Assembly: GCA_045597805.1 (NCBI GenBank)
Contig: JAZLKW010000024.1
Coordinates: 1 to 52,644 of the forward strand
Origin: Candidatus Avispirillum sp.
Lineage (GTDB): Bacteria > Bacillota > Clostridia > Oscillospirales > CAG-272
Reading direction: 5' to 3'
DNA: 52,644 nt
Below the pieces are notes generated by a model. It worked only from the letters and a program-made list of their open reading frames with translations. It was not told where the DNA came from and did no database searches. A program made the translations under genes and the position numbers. Below are positions 26,998-36,330 of this stretch, in pieces (the stretch's first letter is position 1; each line of letters opens with the position of its first letter).

Positions 26998-28323
26998 TTA
27001 TTTCACAAACTCGGAGTAGATGGCGCAGAGAGTCTTGTCAAAATCCTTTTCGCTGATGCCGAGGATTATGGATATTTCGCTTGAGCCCTGGTCTATCATG
27101 CGGATATTGATACCCGCGTCGGCGACTGCCTTAAATACACGCGCTGCGGTACCCTTGGCGCTGACCATGCCGCGGCCGACGACCGCGACGAGGGCGAGTC
27201 CGTCCTCAAATTCAACGGAATCAGGCTCGCACTCTTCCCTGATGGTGCGAATGACGGAGCGGCGCTGTTTTTTCGTGATATCCGCAGAAAGCACCACGCT
27301 CATGGTGTCGATCCCGGAGGGCAGATGCTCAAAGGTGACGCCCTCGTTCTCGATGGCCTCAAGTACCTTTCTGCCGAAGCCCACCTCGGCGTTCATGCGG
27401 TCCTTTTCTATATTCAGTACGGAGAAGCCCTTTTTGCCGGCGATACCGGTGATGATCTTCTCTTTATCGTAGTCCTTTGCCTCGGGCACGATCATGGTAC
27501 CGGGGGCGGATATATCCTTCGTATTTCTTACGTTTATGGGGATTCCCGCAAATCTCACGGGGAAGATGGAGTCCTCATGGAGAACGGTGGCGCCCATGTA
27601 GGAAAGCTCGCGGAGCTCTCGGTAGGTTATCCTGTCGATCACACAGGGGTCCTTGACGATCCTGGGATCCGTCATGAGGAAGCCCGGTACGTCCGTCCAG
27701 TTCTCGTACAGAGAGGACGCGGAGGCTCTCGCCACGATGGAGCCGGTGATGTCACTGCCGCCGCGGGAGAAGGTCCTGATGGTACCGTTGGGCATGGAGC
27801 CGTAAAAGCCCGGGATGACTGCGCAGGGATGGCGCACCAGTCTGTCGGAAAGGATGATATTGGTCTTTTCCGAATCGAAGGTGCCGTCGGCATAGAACTT
27901 TATGACCTTGGCGGCGTCAATGAAATCATACCCGAGAAGAGCGGCAAGTATATAACCGCTGAGGTACTCGCCGCGGGAGGCGGCGTAGTCGCTTCCGGCG
28001 TGGAAGCGGAATGCGTTGCGAATTTCCTCGAACTTTTCGGATAGATCCAGCGTCAGTCCGAGATCGCGGATGATACCGTTATATCTCTCCTCTATCTGTG
28101 AGAACTCACGGGCAAAGTCCTCACCCTCCTCGGCGAGCGCGTAACAATGGTAGAGCATATCGGTGACTTTTATATCGTCTGCCGATCTCTTGCCGGGAGC
28201 TGAGGGCACAACGTATCTGCGCGCCGGGTCCTCTTCAACTATTTTCTTCGCCGTGAGAAAAGCCTTCGCATCGGCGAGGGACGTTCCTCCGAATTTGACC
28301 GTTACGGTCCTTTCATCGTTCAT
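26998..28323 (-). CDS. Aspartate kinase
   Basis: VKFGGTSLAD, SAPGKR, FSRGGSD, ENWTDV motifs and C-terminal ACT domains. Confidence 0.95.
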   Translation of the reverse strand: MNDERTVTVKFGGTSLADAKAFLTAKKIVEEDPARRYVVPSAPGKRSADDIKVTDMLYHCYALAEEGEDFAREFSQIEERYNGIIRDLGLTLDLSEKFEEIRNAFRFHAGSDYAASRGEYLSGYILAALLGYDFIDAAKVIKFYADGTFDSEKTNIILSDRLVRHPCAVIPGFYGSMPNGTIRTFSRGGSDITGSIVARASASSLYENWTDVPGFLMTDPRIVKDPCVIDRITYRELRELSYMGATVLHEDSIFPVRFAGIPINVRNTKDISAPGTMIVPEAKDYDKEKIITGIAGKKGFSVLNIEKDRMNAEVGFGRKVLEAIENEGVTFEHLPSGIDTMSVVLSADITKKQRRSVIRTIREECEPDSVEFEDGLALVAVVGRGMVSAKGTAARVFKAVADAGINIRMIDQGSSEISIILGISEKDFDKTLCAIYSEFVK

Positions 28324-28360
28324 CGGGAAATACTCCGCAAAAAATAAAAATTATAATAAG

Positions 28361-28389
28361 ATTATATTCACAGCGTCGCCTTTTGTCAA
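28361..28389 (-). promoter_or_regulatory. Sigma-A promoter of the aspartate kinase gene
   Basis: TTGACA-17bp-TATAAT. Confidence 0.75.
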
Positions 28390-28402
28390 GGGACGCAGGC
28401 AA

Positions 28403-28981
28403 TTATTGTTCGATAAAGAACGTTGCCTCCATGTCGGCGGCGGAAACGCAGTAGGCAAGAGGGAATTTGTGGAAAGCGGCGGACACATCGCGGTCCTCGG
28501 TAGTACCGGAAAAGCCCATGTGATAGCGGATGGCAAAGGCTTCCTCTCTCGTCAGGCGCATATAGCCCGAAATAATATAAACGGACTTTTCGCCGTGGCC
28601 GTAGGGGAGCTGATCCTCGATGGTATAGCAGGGCACCTTTTCCCACACACCTGCATCGTTTTTCACGTTGCGGTAGCTTTCCTTATAGAAATTTATCTTG
28701 CACAGGTCGTGCAGAAGCGACACTATGGCGACGGTCTCGTCGGAAGGGTCACAGCCGTATTTCTCTCTCACGGAATCGCGGGCGAGAAAATCGCAAAGGC
28801 AGTCGTACACGTTCAGACTGTGGTTCAGAAGTCCGCCGGGACAGCTGTTATGATACTTTCCGCTGGCGGGAGCCGTGAAGAAATCGCTCTGAGGCGAGGT
28901 AAGGTATTCCAGCAGGGCGTCCGCGCCCTCTCTTTTTATGTTGGTCTTGTAGATGTCGATAAATCTTTCTCTGTCAGTCAT
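28403..28981 (-). CDS. HD-domain hydrolase
   Basis: APASxKYH, GGLLNHS, LLHDLCK, GHGEKS and YHMG motifs. Confidence 0.9.
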   Translation of the reverse strand: MTDRERFIDIYKTNIKREGADALLEYLTSPQSDFFTAPASGKYHNSCPGGLLNHSLNVYDCLCDFLARDSVREKYGCDPSDETVAIVSLLHDLCKINFYKESYRNVKNDAGVWEKVPCYTIEDQLPYGHGEKSVYIISGYMRLTREEAFAIRYHMGFSGTTEDRDVSAAFHKFPLAYCVSAADMEATFFIEQ

Positions 28982-29999
28982 CGTTTTGTCCTTTCGCGCC
29001 TATCATTTCCGAAACGTATTCCCACGAGCCGTCCTCCGTGTCCTTAAAGGACTGCTCTATTTCATCCCCATTGAGCACGGTGAGTTCCGCACCCTCAGAG
29101 GTCATCATGCGCACGGCGTGTGCCATGTAATCATAAACGTTATCATATTTTTGAGAAAAGCTCTCCCCGGAGAACAGGCTCGCCGGGAAAAGCTCCGTTT
29201 TCTTTCCGTCCGCGGTCCTCACCTCCACTGACAGGGAGCTCAGGAGCTTCTGTGAGACAGTTACCGTCTCGGCGTCGCTCCACTTGTATTTTCCGAAGCC
29301 CTCCTCCGTTTCCGGCATCACCGCAAAGGAGGCAGCGAAGGCAGTGCCGAAAGCCAGCGCCGCGGCGACGAGGGTGCAAATTACTTTTGAAAGCACGGTC
29401 TCGCCCGGGTGCCACCTTTTCACCGTGTAGCCCCGGTCAAATTCTATTTCCTCCTCCTCGGTCTCCTCCGGTGCGGAGTAGCCCTCCGGCAGGGTATCGG
29501 GGATATCGTCGTAAAGCTCGCGGGGAATATCGTCCCCGGGTCTATCCCCCACGAACTCGTCCCAGGCGGAATAGTCCGGAGCATCGGTCTCTTCCGCCAA
29601 TGTCTCCTTTTGCGCGGAGATGGCGGTGGAGATGCTCTCCGCTACGTCGTAGGATATTTCCTCCTCCTGTTCACGCTCGGTGTAGAACTCCGGGTACTCC
29701 TCCAGAGGCACGTCGGAGACCTCGTAGTGCTCCGTCACTTTCTCCTCGCCGGGAGCTTCCTCTTCTTCCACGCGCTCGTCCGCCGCCTCACGGCGCAGGA
29801 CAAGGTAGGAGAACAGCCCTGCCGCCAGGGAAAGCACTACCACCGGCACCTGATGCGGCGCCACGTACAGGACCGCGCTCCCGGCGCGATAGCGCGTGAG
29901 GATAAGGTAAAGGGCGACAGGCACAAGGAAAATAAGGAGCGCAAGGCACCTCTTGAGGTTCTTTATTATACGTTCTTTTCTGGTCATTTGGTCTTTCAT
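28974..29999 (-). CDS. Hypothetical membrane protein with long acidic linker
   Basis: Two N-terminal TM segments, a Glu/Asp-rich region and a third hydrophobic segment; overlaps the start of the HD gene. Confidence 0.7.
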   Translation of the reverse strand: MKDQMTRKERIIKNLKRCLALLIFLVPVALYLILTRYRAGSAVLYVAPHQVPVVVLSLAAGLFSYLVLRREAADERVEEEEAPGEEKVTEHYEVSDVPLEEYPEFYTEREQEEEISYDVAESISTAISAQKETLAEETDAPDYSAWDEFVGDRPGDDIPRELYDDIPDTLPEGYSAPEETEEEEIEFDRGYTVKRWHPGETVLSKVICTLVAAALAFGTAFAASFAVMPETEEGFGKYKWSDAETVTVSQKLLSSLSVEVRTADGKKTELFPASLFSGESFSQKYDNVYDYMAHAVRMMTSEGAELTVLNGDEIEQSFKDTEDGSWEYVSEMIGAKGQNDD

Positions 30000-30055
30000 T
30001 TTGTTTTACATCGCAGTGGCGATCATTGGTCGCCCGACAGGTAACCCCTGCAATA

Positions 30056-30084
30056 TAGACATTTTTCGTGATTTATGTTATAAT
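30056..30084 (+). promoter_or_regulatory. Promoter-like sequence pointing antisense into the DUF6062-like gene
   Basis: TAGACA-17bp-TATAAT with extended TG. Confidence 0.45.
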
Positions 30085-30085
30085 A

Positions 30086-30787
30086 TTATAGTTCTTCCTT
30101 GCCGCAGAGAAAGTCGATCGCGGTCTCGGGGGCGTTTTCCCTGCCCTCCCACGGCTCGTTCTCATATCTGTAATCGAATTTCTTCGCAAAGAAGGAGACG
30201 TCCTCGGAAATCTTTTTCAGAGCAGTTTCCTCCTTGCCGTATAGGGACTTGTAGAAATCAGCAAAGGTCTTGCGGTCCAGCTGTGCCTTTCCCGCCGCCA
30301 GGAACTGTGCGAAATGGTCTATGCAGAAAAAGGACTGCTTTGAACACTTGGTGACAAAGTCCATGTCGGTGCTCCAGAGCATGGCGGCATTGTCCATCAT
30401 CTTCGAAAGATAGAGATCCACCTTTTTACATATATAGCAGTTGTCGGACATATGCCCCAGCTTCTTTGCGGCGCCGCCGCCCGCCATAGCGGGTGCGAGC
30501 ACAGGTTTTTTCACCATTTTGTCTACCTCGGCGAGATGGCTCTCCAGGATAAGTGCCAGAGGAAGCCTCTTTCCTGCTGCAAGCAGCTTGCCGTAATGGT
30601 CGCGGCAGAAGCCCTGGAGGTTGGTCTGTTTTCTGACATCGGGCTCCATCATTGATGCGCCCAGTATCAGTTCTATTTCGTTTCTGTTAAGGTCGTCGCG
30701 CAGGCGGCAGAAAGGACAGCCGCGGCTCTCGTCGCCCGCGCCCTTTTCAAATGCTTCATTTACGGGTATGGTATATATCTGTTCCAT
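30086..30787 (-). CDS. DUF6062-like conserved protein
   Basis: IYTIPVNEAF, CPFC, SMMEPDVR, GFCxxH, CYIC and KKFDYR motifs; start placed at 30787. Confidence 0.8.
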   Translation of the reverse strand: MEQIYTIPVNEAFEKGAGDESRGCPFCRLRDDLNRNEIELILGASMMEPDVRKQTNLQGFCRDHYGKLLAAGKRLPLALILESHLAEVDKMVKKPVLAPAMAGGGAAKKLGHMSDNCYICKKVDLYLSKMMDNAAMLWSTDMDFVTKCSKQSFFCIDHFAQFLAAGKAQLDRKTFADFYKSLYGKEETALKKISEDVSFFAKKFDYRYENEPWEGRENAPETAIDFLCGKEEL

Positions 30788-30838
30788 AATGATTCCCCTT
30801 TTTTCTACATTATACATCATTTACCGGAGATATTCAAT

Positions 30839-31705
30839 ATGAAAAATGCGCTAATTACGGAGGTCGGCGGCGGATGGCTGCGGGTAGATTGCACTGAGAA
30901 GATTTCAGTTTTCCGCACCTTCGATTGCGGTCAGTGCTTCCGTTTTGATCCAGCCCCCGAGCCTGAGTACAAAAATCAGGTAGACGGTGTGGCATTCGGA
31001 AGATATGTCAGCTTCGCCGACGGTGAGGACGGTACCTTTCTCGTGCGCTCTTCCCCGGAGGACTTTGAAAATATATGGTACTCCTACCTTGCTCTCGACC
31101 GCTGCTACACCGGGATAGAAAAGAGCATCGTCTCCGCCGTTTCCGGTGCGGGCGCAGATCACATGAGGCGGGCGGCGGAGGTCTCACGGGGCATCCGCAT
31201 CCTGCGGCAGGAGCCGTGGGAAGCACTCTGCTCCTTCATCGTGTCGCAGAACAACAACATCCCCAGAATAAAAAAGATCGTCCGCGCCATGAGCGAGCGG
31301 TACGGCGAGAAAACGGAGGGCGGATTTGCCTTTCCCACTGCAAAGGTGCTCGCCGACGCGGGAGAGGACGCGATCTTCTCTCTTAGGACGGGATTTCGCG
31401 CGAAGTACATATACGACGCGGCGAAAAAGGTCGCCGGCGGTGAACTCGACCTTGAAAAAGTGAGGAATGCAGGAACATATGCGGACGCGGAAAAAATGCT
31501 CCTTTCCATAAGCGGCGTGGGGCCCAAGGTCGCGGCGTGCACTCTGCTCTTCGGCTTCGAGCGCCTTGAAGCGTTCCCCGTGGACGTATGGATAAAGAGA
31601 GTCATGGAGCGCCGCTTCTCCGACGGGCTTGACCCCGCGGTATTCGGAGAATACGCCGGCGTGGCACAGCAGTTTCTTTTCTACTGCGAGAGATATTGTA
31701 ATTAG
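30839..31705 (+). CDS. 8-oxoguanine DNA glycosylase-like (OGG_N + HhH-GPD)
   Basis: CGQCFRF, GIRILRQEPWE, SQNNNIPRI, GVGPKVA and FPVDVWI motifs. Confidence 0.92.
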   Translation: MKNALITEVGGGWLRVDCTEKISVFRTFDCGQCFRFDPAPEPEYKNQVDGVAFGRYVSFADGEDGTFLVRSSPEDFENIWYSYLALDRCYTGIEKSIVSAVSGAGADHMRRAAEVSRGIRILRQEPWEALCSFIVSQNNNIPRIKKIVRAMSERYGEKTEGGFAFPTAKVLADAGEDAIFSLRTGFRAKYIYDAAKKVAGGELDLEKVRNAGTYADAEKMLLSISGVGPKVAACTLLFGFERLEAFPVDVWIKRVMERRFSDGLDPAVFGEYAGVAQQFLFYCERYCN

Positions 31706-31750
31706 CTGCTAGCGGCTAGTGGCTAGTGGCCAGTGACCAGTGGCCAGTGG
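31702..31750. repeat. Heptamer tandem repeat (CYAGTGG)n
   Basis: TTAGCTG CTAGCGG CTAGTGG CTAGTGG CCAGTGA CCAGTGG CCAGTGG, starting at the stop codon. Confidence 0.75.
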
Positions 31751-31802
31751 ATTAAACCGTTCGTCCCGCTGACAGTGGTGTAGGCGGCTTCGCTGCCCCG
31801 GT

Positions 31803-31950
31803 GCCTCCCTTAGATTCCGCAGGAATCAAAGGGAGGTGGTACGAGCGCAGCGAGTGACGGAGGGATTCTTTTGCGCTGGAATCAAAAGCTTCTGATCCCT
31901 CCACCGCTTCGCGGTCCCCCTCCCTTTGTCCCTTCGGGACTAAGGGAGGC
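31803..31950. mobile_element. MITE/REPIN-like palindromic element (family shared with 48681-48841)
   Basis: 11 bp terminal inverted repeat GCCTCCCTTAG/CTAAGGGAGGC; internal AGGGAGGTGG and CCACCGC-TTC-GCGGTCCCCCTCCC. Confidence 0.65.
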
Positions 31951-31968
31951 TATCCGCCTCTTAAAAAC

Positions 31969-31994
31969 AAAAAAGACCCGTTCGGGTCTTTTTT
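31969..31994. terminator. Bidirectional intrinsic terminator
   Basis: AAAAAAGACCCG-TT-CGGGTCTTTTTT. Confidence 0.75.
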
Positions 31995-32000
31995 GTTGCC

Positions 32001-34931
32001 TTAGATAAGATTCGCGGCGCCTACTCTCACGGTCTCCGCATTCTGTGCTGCGGAATAGGTGGGAGTGAGAACGAAGGAATCAAAGAACACCACGTCGCCT
32101 GCCGCGTTATCGAAGGTGAAGCTGACAGAGGTGATATTTCCGGTAAGGGTCGTAAATTTTGCGCTGTAGGCGGTGAAGGAATCGCTTTCCTCGATAATTA
32201 CCGTATCGGTGGCTGTGCCGTTTTCGGTCGTTACGGTAATCGTCACCTCCATGGCGCTGCCGTCCGCGGTCTTCGTGCAGAGGGTCACGTATTTGAACAT
32301 ATCGGCGAAAAGGAAAGCATCGGTGAGGTCAGCCGTAACGGTGGCTTTTTCCTCGGAGAAGGTGAGCTTTGCCGCTTCGTTGGCACTGTCGAACTCAATT
32401 GCGACGGCGCCGTCCTTTACGATCGCAGCTTCCTCAATGCCTGCAAGAGTACGGCGAAGGAGCACTACGTCGGAGGCTGTTATCTGGCCGTCATGGTCAA
32501 CGTCCGCGCTGTTAGTAAGAACGGTTTCAGTGTCGCCTGCAAGGTATTTTCGGATAAGGAGCAGGTCCTTTGCACGCAGCACGCCGTCGCCGTCCGCGTC
32601 ACCGCAGAGAATTTCTTCGCCTGCCGCAGTAAGGATAGCGCAGCTTACGTCATCGCCGCACAGGTAAGTCACGGGGACTGCCGCGTCGCCGTTCGCATCT
32701 CTTTCTCTCTCAACCGCAAGGTCGCGCGCTTCTTCCTCGTCAGCGCAGAGAATGACGGAGCTCAGATACAGAGCGTCGTTTACGGAAGCAGAGGCGTATA
32801 CTGCGACCTTCAGACCGTCTATCGTACCCTCGAACCCCTCAAGACCGGTCAGATCCAGAACGTAGGAATGATATTTGTCGTCCTTCTGCTGATCCACGGA
32901 AAGAGCGGAAAGCTCCTCGCCGTTCACGATGAAGGAGAAATTGGTCGTCTTTGCTCTGGTACCGTTGGAGGTGGGCTCCATGCAGGTAACGACTGCGTAG
33001 GAATAATTCTCGGCGTAAAGGGTATCATTGCCTACGGAATAGTTCAGATTGAACGCGGGCTTTCTCGCGTTGGTGACCGTGGAGACAATTGCCTTTTCAC
33101 TGTCGTCGTATCTGACAGCAACGTTCACCAGGCTGTTCTGATCTACGGTGTCGGCGGTCTTTTTATAATTGAATACGAGTTTCTCGGTGTCGACGGAGGC
33201 GCCTTCGGCGATCTCCTTCGCGTTGGGGATTGCATCGATCTCAGCGGCATAGTGGAGATAAAGCGCTCTTGCCGCGTCGACGGTGGTCTCGTCCGCAATA
33301 TCGAGAGATGCCTCAGCCGCCAGAGAACAAATCTCCTCCCACTGCTCGGGCAAAAACTCGTTTTCGTATCTGTAATTGGTTATTCTGTCGGCAAGCCCTG
33401 CGATATATTCTTCCTCGCTGCCCTCCTCAAGTGCCTTGAGGATGGTGTGCACGAACAGTCTCGTGCCGAAGTCGGAGGGGTGGCACAGATGGTCACCGGT
33501 CATGTCGATATATCTCTTCTCGGACATTGCGAACTGGTAGAGGCTGGTGGAATCCGCCACCACTACGCCCTCTCTCTCAATGGAGTAGAGAGAATCTGCG
33601 AATGTGTAGAACCAGTCGGTGGGGAAGAAGACGGGATGGGAGATGATGGGAGCTACGAGCACGATCTCACAGTCGGGAAGCGCATTGTTGATGGATGCGA
33701 TCGCCCGGTTAAGGGTGTCGATATAGCCGCCGGAAGCCCAGGGGGACTCGCCGTTCATGCACTCGTTGGTACCGAACTCGATAAACACGATGTCAGGCTC
33801 GAAAGCGAGGAGCGAATACATTCTCTCAATGGCGAGAGATGCGGTAGCGCCGCCCTGAGCGATGGTATCGTATACGATGTCAACGTCGGGATATTTTATC
33901 TGAAGTGCCTTGGGCACCATGTCGCGCCAGATGTCGGCGTAGGGAAGAGTGCCGTTGGAGGCGGAAGCGTTAGCGCCGCCGGCAAGAGAGTCACCGATCG
34001 ACATGATACGGAGGGTCTCGCCGGGGGTATTCAGCTTCGCGGTGGTTTTGGGAAGCAGGTAGCCCTTGCTCTCAGGGATGACCCCGCCCCACTCATTGGC
34101 GGGAGTATATGTGATGTTGCAGTAGCCCGTAAAGAACATCATCTGCTGGCCGCAGGTCGCGTAACCGCCGTCGATCATCTCGCGGAACGTGGAGTTCTTC
34201 TGGATGTCGGCATATATCTGATCATATCTGTAAACCAGCATGGAGGTTTCAGGGGTGAGTATGAGCTGACCGTTTTCTATGTAGTAATCCTCGCCGTAGG
34301 TGTACTCCAGGTTAAGGTATGAGTTCTTTACGGAGACCACGCGGTCAACGTCGTACATAAGGTTGATGGGGGCGATAGATCCGTCCTTTTCCTCTACGGG
34401 GAAGAAGGACTCGTTGAAGACGATGTCGCCGTCCCAGAAATACTTGGTGTATCTCTCCACCTCATATTCGGACAGGTCGAGAAATTCCTCGTCGAATTCG
34501 TTGAGGGATCCGTTTGCGGCAGCAACTATCTCATCCGCATCGGGACCGAAACCGTAGAAATACACTGTGTAGGCGGAATCCGCCGCGGGAAGAACGATCT
34601 CCTCACCCGCAGGAACGGAGACGAACTTATGACCAGCCGCGAGAGCAGCGACGCTGCTGTCAGCGGTGATGGTGATGCTGTCAATATTATAGGACGCGGG
34701 GATCCATGCAGCGATATATCCCTCCGCGCCGTCAAGCGTCAGCGTGGCACCGGTGCCGTCCGTTCTGACCTTTACCGCACCGAGGTATTCGTCGTATGAT
34801 ACTGTCGCGCCGACAGCCGAGACGGCAGAGGCGTCGGTAAAATGGACGTCCGTGACCGCTGCCGGGGTAGTAATGCACAGGGATGCGAAAACGATCACCG
34901 CGCAAAGAACTGCTGAAATGATTCTTTTCAT
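32001..34931 (-). CDS. Secreted SGNH/GDSL hydrolase with an internal dockerin and repeated beta-rich modules
   Basis: Signal peptide; SIGDSL, AQGG, EFGTNE and DHLCHP blocks; dockerin GDADGDGVLRAKD...ADVDHDGQITASD. Confidence 0.87.
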   Translation of the reverse strand: MKRIISAVLCAVIVFASLCITTPAAVTDVHFTDASAVSAVGATVSYDEYLGAVKVRTDGTGATLTLDGAEGYIAAWIPASYNIDSITITADSSVAALAAGHKFVSVPAGEEIVLPAADSAYTVYFYGFGPDADEIVAAANGSLNEFDEEFLDLSEYEVERYTKYFWDGDIVFNESFFPVEEKDGSIAPINLMYDVDRVVSVKNSYLNLEYTYGEDYYIENGQLILTPETSMLVYRYDQIYADIQKNSTFREMIDGGYATCGQQMMFFTGYCNITYTPANEWGGVIPESKGYLLPKTTAKLNTPGETLRIMSIGDSLAGGANASASNGTLPYADIWRDMVPKALQIKYPDVDIVYDTIAQGGATASLAIERMYSLLAFEPDIVFIEFGTNECMNGESPWASGGYIDTLNRAIASINNALPDCEIVLVAPIISHPVFFPTDWFYTFADSLYSIEREGVVVADSTSLYQFAMSEKRYIDMTGDHLCHPSDFGTRLFVHTILKALEEGSEEEYIAGLADRITNYRYENEFLPEQWEEICSLAAEASLDIADETTVDAARALYLHYAAEIDAIPNAKEIAEGASVDTEKLVFNYKKTADTVDQNSLVNVAVRYDDSEKAIVSTVTNARKPAFNLNYSVGNDTLYAENYSYAVVTCMEPTSNGTRAKTTNFSFIVNGEELSALSVDQQKDDKYHSYVLDLTGLEGFEGTIDGLKVAVYASASVNDALYLSSVILCADEEEARDLAVERERDANGDAAVPVTYLCGDDVSCAILTAAGEEILCGDADGDGVLRAKDLLLIRKYLAGDTETVLTNSADVDHDGQITASDVVLLRRTLAGIEEAAIVKDGAVAIEFDSANEAAKLTFSEEKATVTADLTDAFLFADMFKYVTLCTKTADGSAMEVTITVTTENGTATDTVIIEESDSFTAYSAKFTTLTGNITSVSFTFDNAAGDVVFFDSFVLTPTYSAAQNAETVRVGAANLI

Positions 34932-35139
34932 GATTAGCCCTTTCTTTGACTATACAAATATACATAATAATAGTATCACAATGTGAGGGGATAGTCAAGG
35001 AGAATTTGGTTTAAGCTCAGCGTCTATGCGTTATAGCTTTAAGAGTTAAGAGATGTACGGCTATAGTCGGACGCTCCGTCGGCAAATGGATCGCTTCTTA
35101 AATCTTAAAACTCCTTATATAATACAGAGAGGTGATAAC

Positions 35140-35340
35140 ATGACGATAATCCGGACCAAAAAAAGCAAGAGCCCCGCGAGGGCGGGTGCCGCCGTCTGCT
35201 CCGTGATCTGCGCGGTGGCGCTGATCCTTCTCGCGGGGAAAGAAAATACTGCGGCGGTTTCCTCCCCGGGGAGGACGACGGAGGAAAGCTTCTGGGAGGA
35301 CTATGCCCTCTTCGTGTCTGGGCTTTTCGGAGATTTTTAG
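35140..35340 (+). CDS. Small hypothetical membrane protein
   Basis: GAGGTG RBS, 66 aa, one TM segment, directly upstream of the M50-like gene. Confidence 0.55.
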   Translation: MTIIRTKKSKSPARAGAAVCSVICAVALILLAGKENTAAVSSPGRTTEESFWEDYALFVSGLFGDF

Positions 35341-35342
35341 TA

Positions 35343-35864
35343 TTGCCCGGGCTTATGTTTTTCGCACTGGCGCTCTGCTGTGCCCGATCGCCGCTGTCGC
35401 TTCTTGCTGCAGTTCTTTGTCACGAGGCAGGGCACCTCGTCTGCGCCGCGCTGACCGGAACGGGCAGGCCGCGCTTACATCTTCTTCCCGCCGGGATACG
35501 GCTTTCCTTCCCGCCGGCGCGGAGCTTTTCCTGTGATCTTTTGCTCTGTCTCTCCGGTCCCGCCGCAAGTCTTATTCTTGCCGCCCTCTTCCCTCATACG
35601 GACTTTTCTCTCTACTGCCTCGGGCTGGGGCTTGTAAACCTTCTCCCCCTGTCCGTTTTCGACGGCGGCGGGGCGCTTTTCTCTCTCCTGTCCCTTTTTC
35701 TCTCCTGCGACACCGGCGCGAGAGTCTGCCGCGCAGTATCTGCGGTCTTTGCCGCCGCCCTCGTTCTTTTCAACATTCTCATTCAGCTGAAAATCGGGTT
35801 CAACCCCACTCTCATGGCGGTCACGCTTTATGCCGCTGTGACCGTTTTCGCAGACGGCGCATAA
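35343..35864 (+). CDS. Peptidase M50-like (SpoIVFB-like) membrane metalloprotease; start uncertain
   Basis: HEAGH, LSGPAAS and NLLPLSVFDGG motifs. Confidence 0.8.
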   Translation: MPGLMFFALALCCARSPLSLLAAVLCHEAGHLVCAALTGTGRPRLHLLPAGIRLSFPPARSFSCDLLLCLSGPAASLILAALFPHTDFSLYCLGLGLVNLLPLSVFDGGGALFSLLSLFLSCDTGARVCRAVSAVFAAALVLFNILIQLKIGFNPTLMAVTLYAAVTVFADGA

Positions 35865-35889
35865 ACTGGTGGAGAAAAGGAGGTATATT

Positions 35890-36330
35890 ATGGAAAAAAC
35901 AGGTATCGGATACATAAGGATCCGGGTCTTCACCGCAAACGGCGCGCTCCCCGTAAAAGGGGCGCTGGTCTCCGTAATGCTTGACGAGGACAGCGGCGAA
36001 AGCGGGCAGCTTCTCGCGGAGTTATCGACAGACGTTTCAGGACTTACCCCGACTGTGGCGGTTCCGACCCCGCCGCGTTCTCTCACCATGTCGCCGAACA
36101 GTTCGGTGCGCCCGTACTCCACCGTCAACGTACAGGTGGTCTCCCCAGGGTATTACACGGTGGAAAACGTAGGCATTCCCGTTTTCGACGGATCGCTTTC
36201 GCGGCAGGACGTGAACATGCTTCCCCGCTCCGACGGGGGCGGATACCCCGACGAGGGCATCATCATCAACGAAAATACAGGCGAAGGCGAAGTATACAGC
36301 GAACGGGGCAAGTTGGGAGGTGAGGACTGA
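35890..36330 (+). CDS. Protein resembling the N-terminal (pro) region of SleC-type spore cortex-lytic enzymes
   Basis: AAGGAGG RBS; GYIRIRV, ALPVKGA, TDxSGLT, RPYS and VFDG motifs; stop overlaps the next start (TGATG). Confidence 0.75.
   Translation: MEKTGIGYIRIRVFTANGALPVKGALVSVMLDEDSGESGQLLAELSTDVSGLTPTVAVPTPPRSLTMSPNSSVRPYSTVNVQVVSPGYYTVENVGIPVFDGSLSRQDVNMLPRSDGGGYPDEGIIINENTGEGEVYSERGKLGGED

Noticed and set aside
28323-28400. Lysine riboswitch before the aspartate kinase gene
   Set aside because: The promoter lies about 40 bp from the start codon, leaving no room.
31702-31750. Short repeats as a possible CRISPR array
   Set aside because: Units are 7 nt with no spacers, and no cas genes are present in the window.
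35838-35867. Possible sporulation sigma promoter (AC...CATAAACT) before the SleC-like genes
   Set aside because: The motif is too short and degenerate to support from sequence alone.
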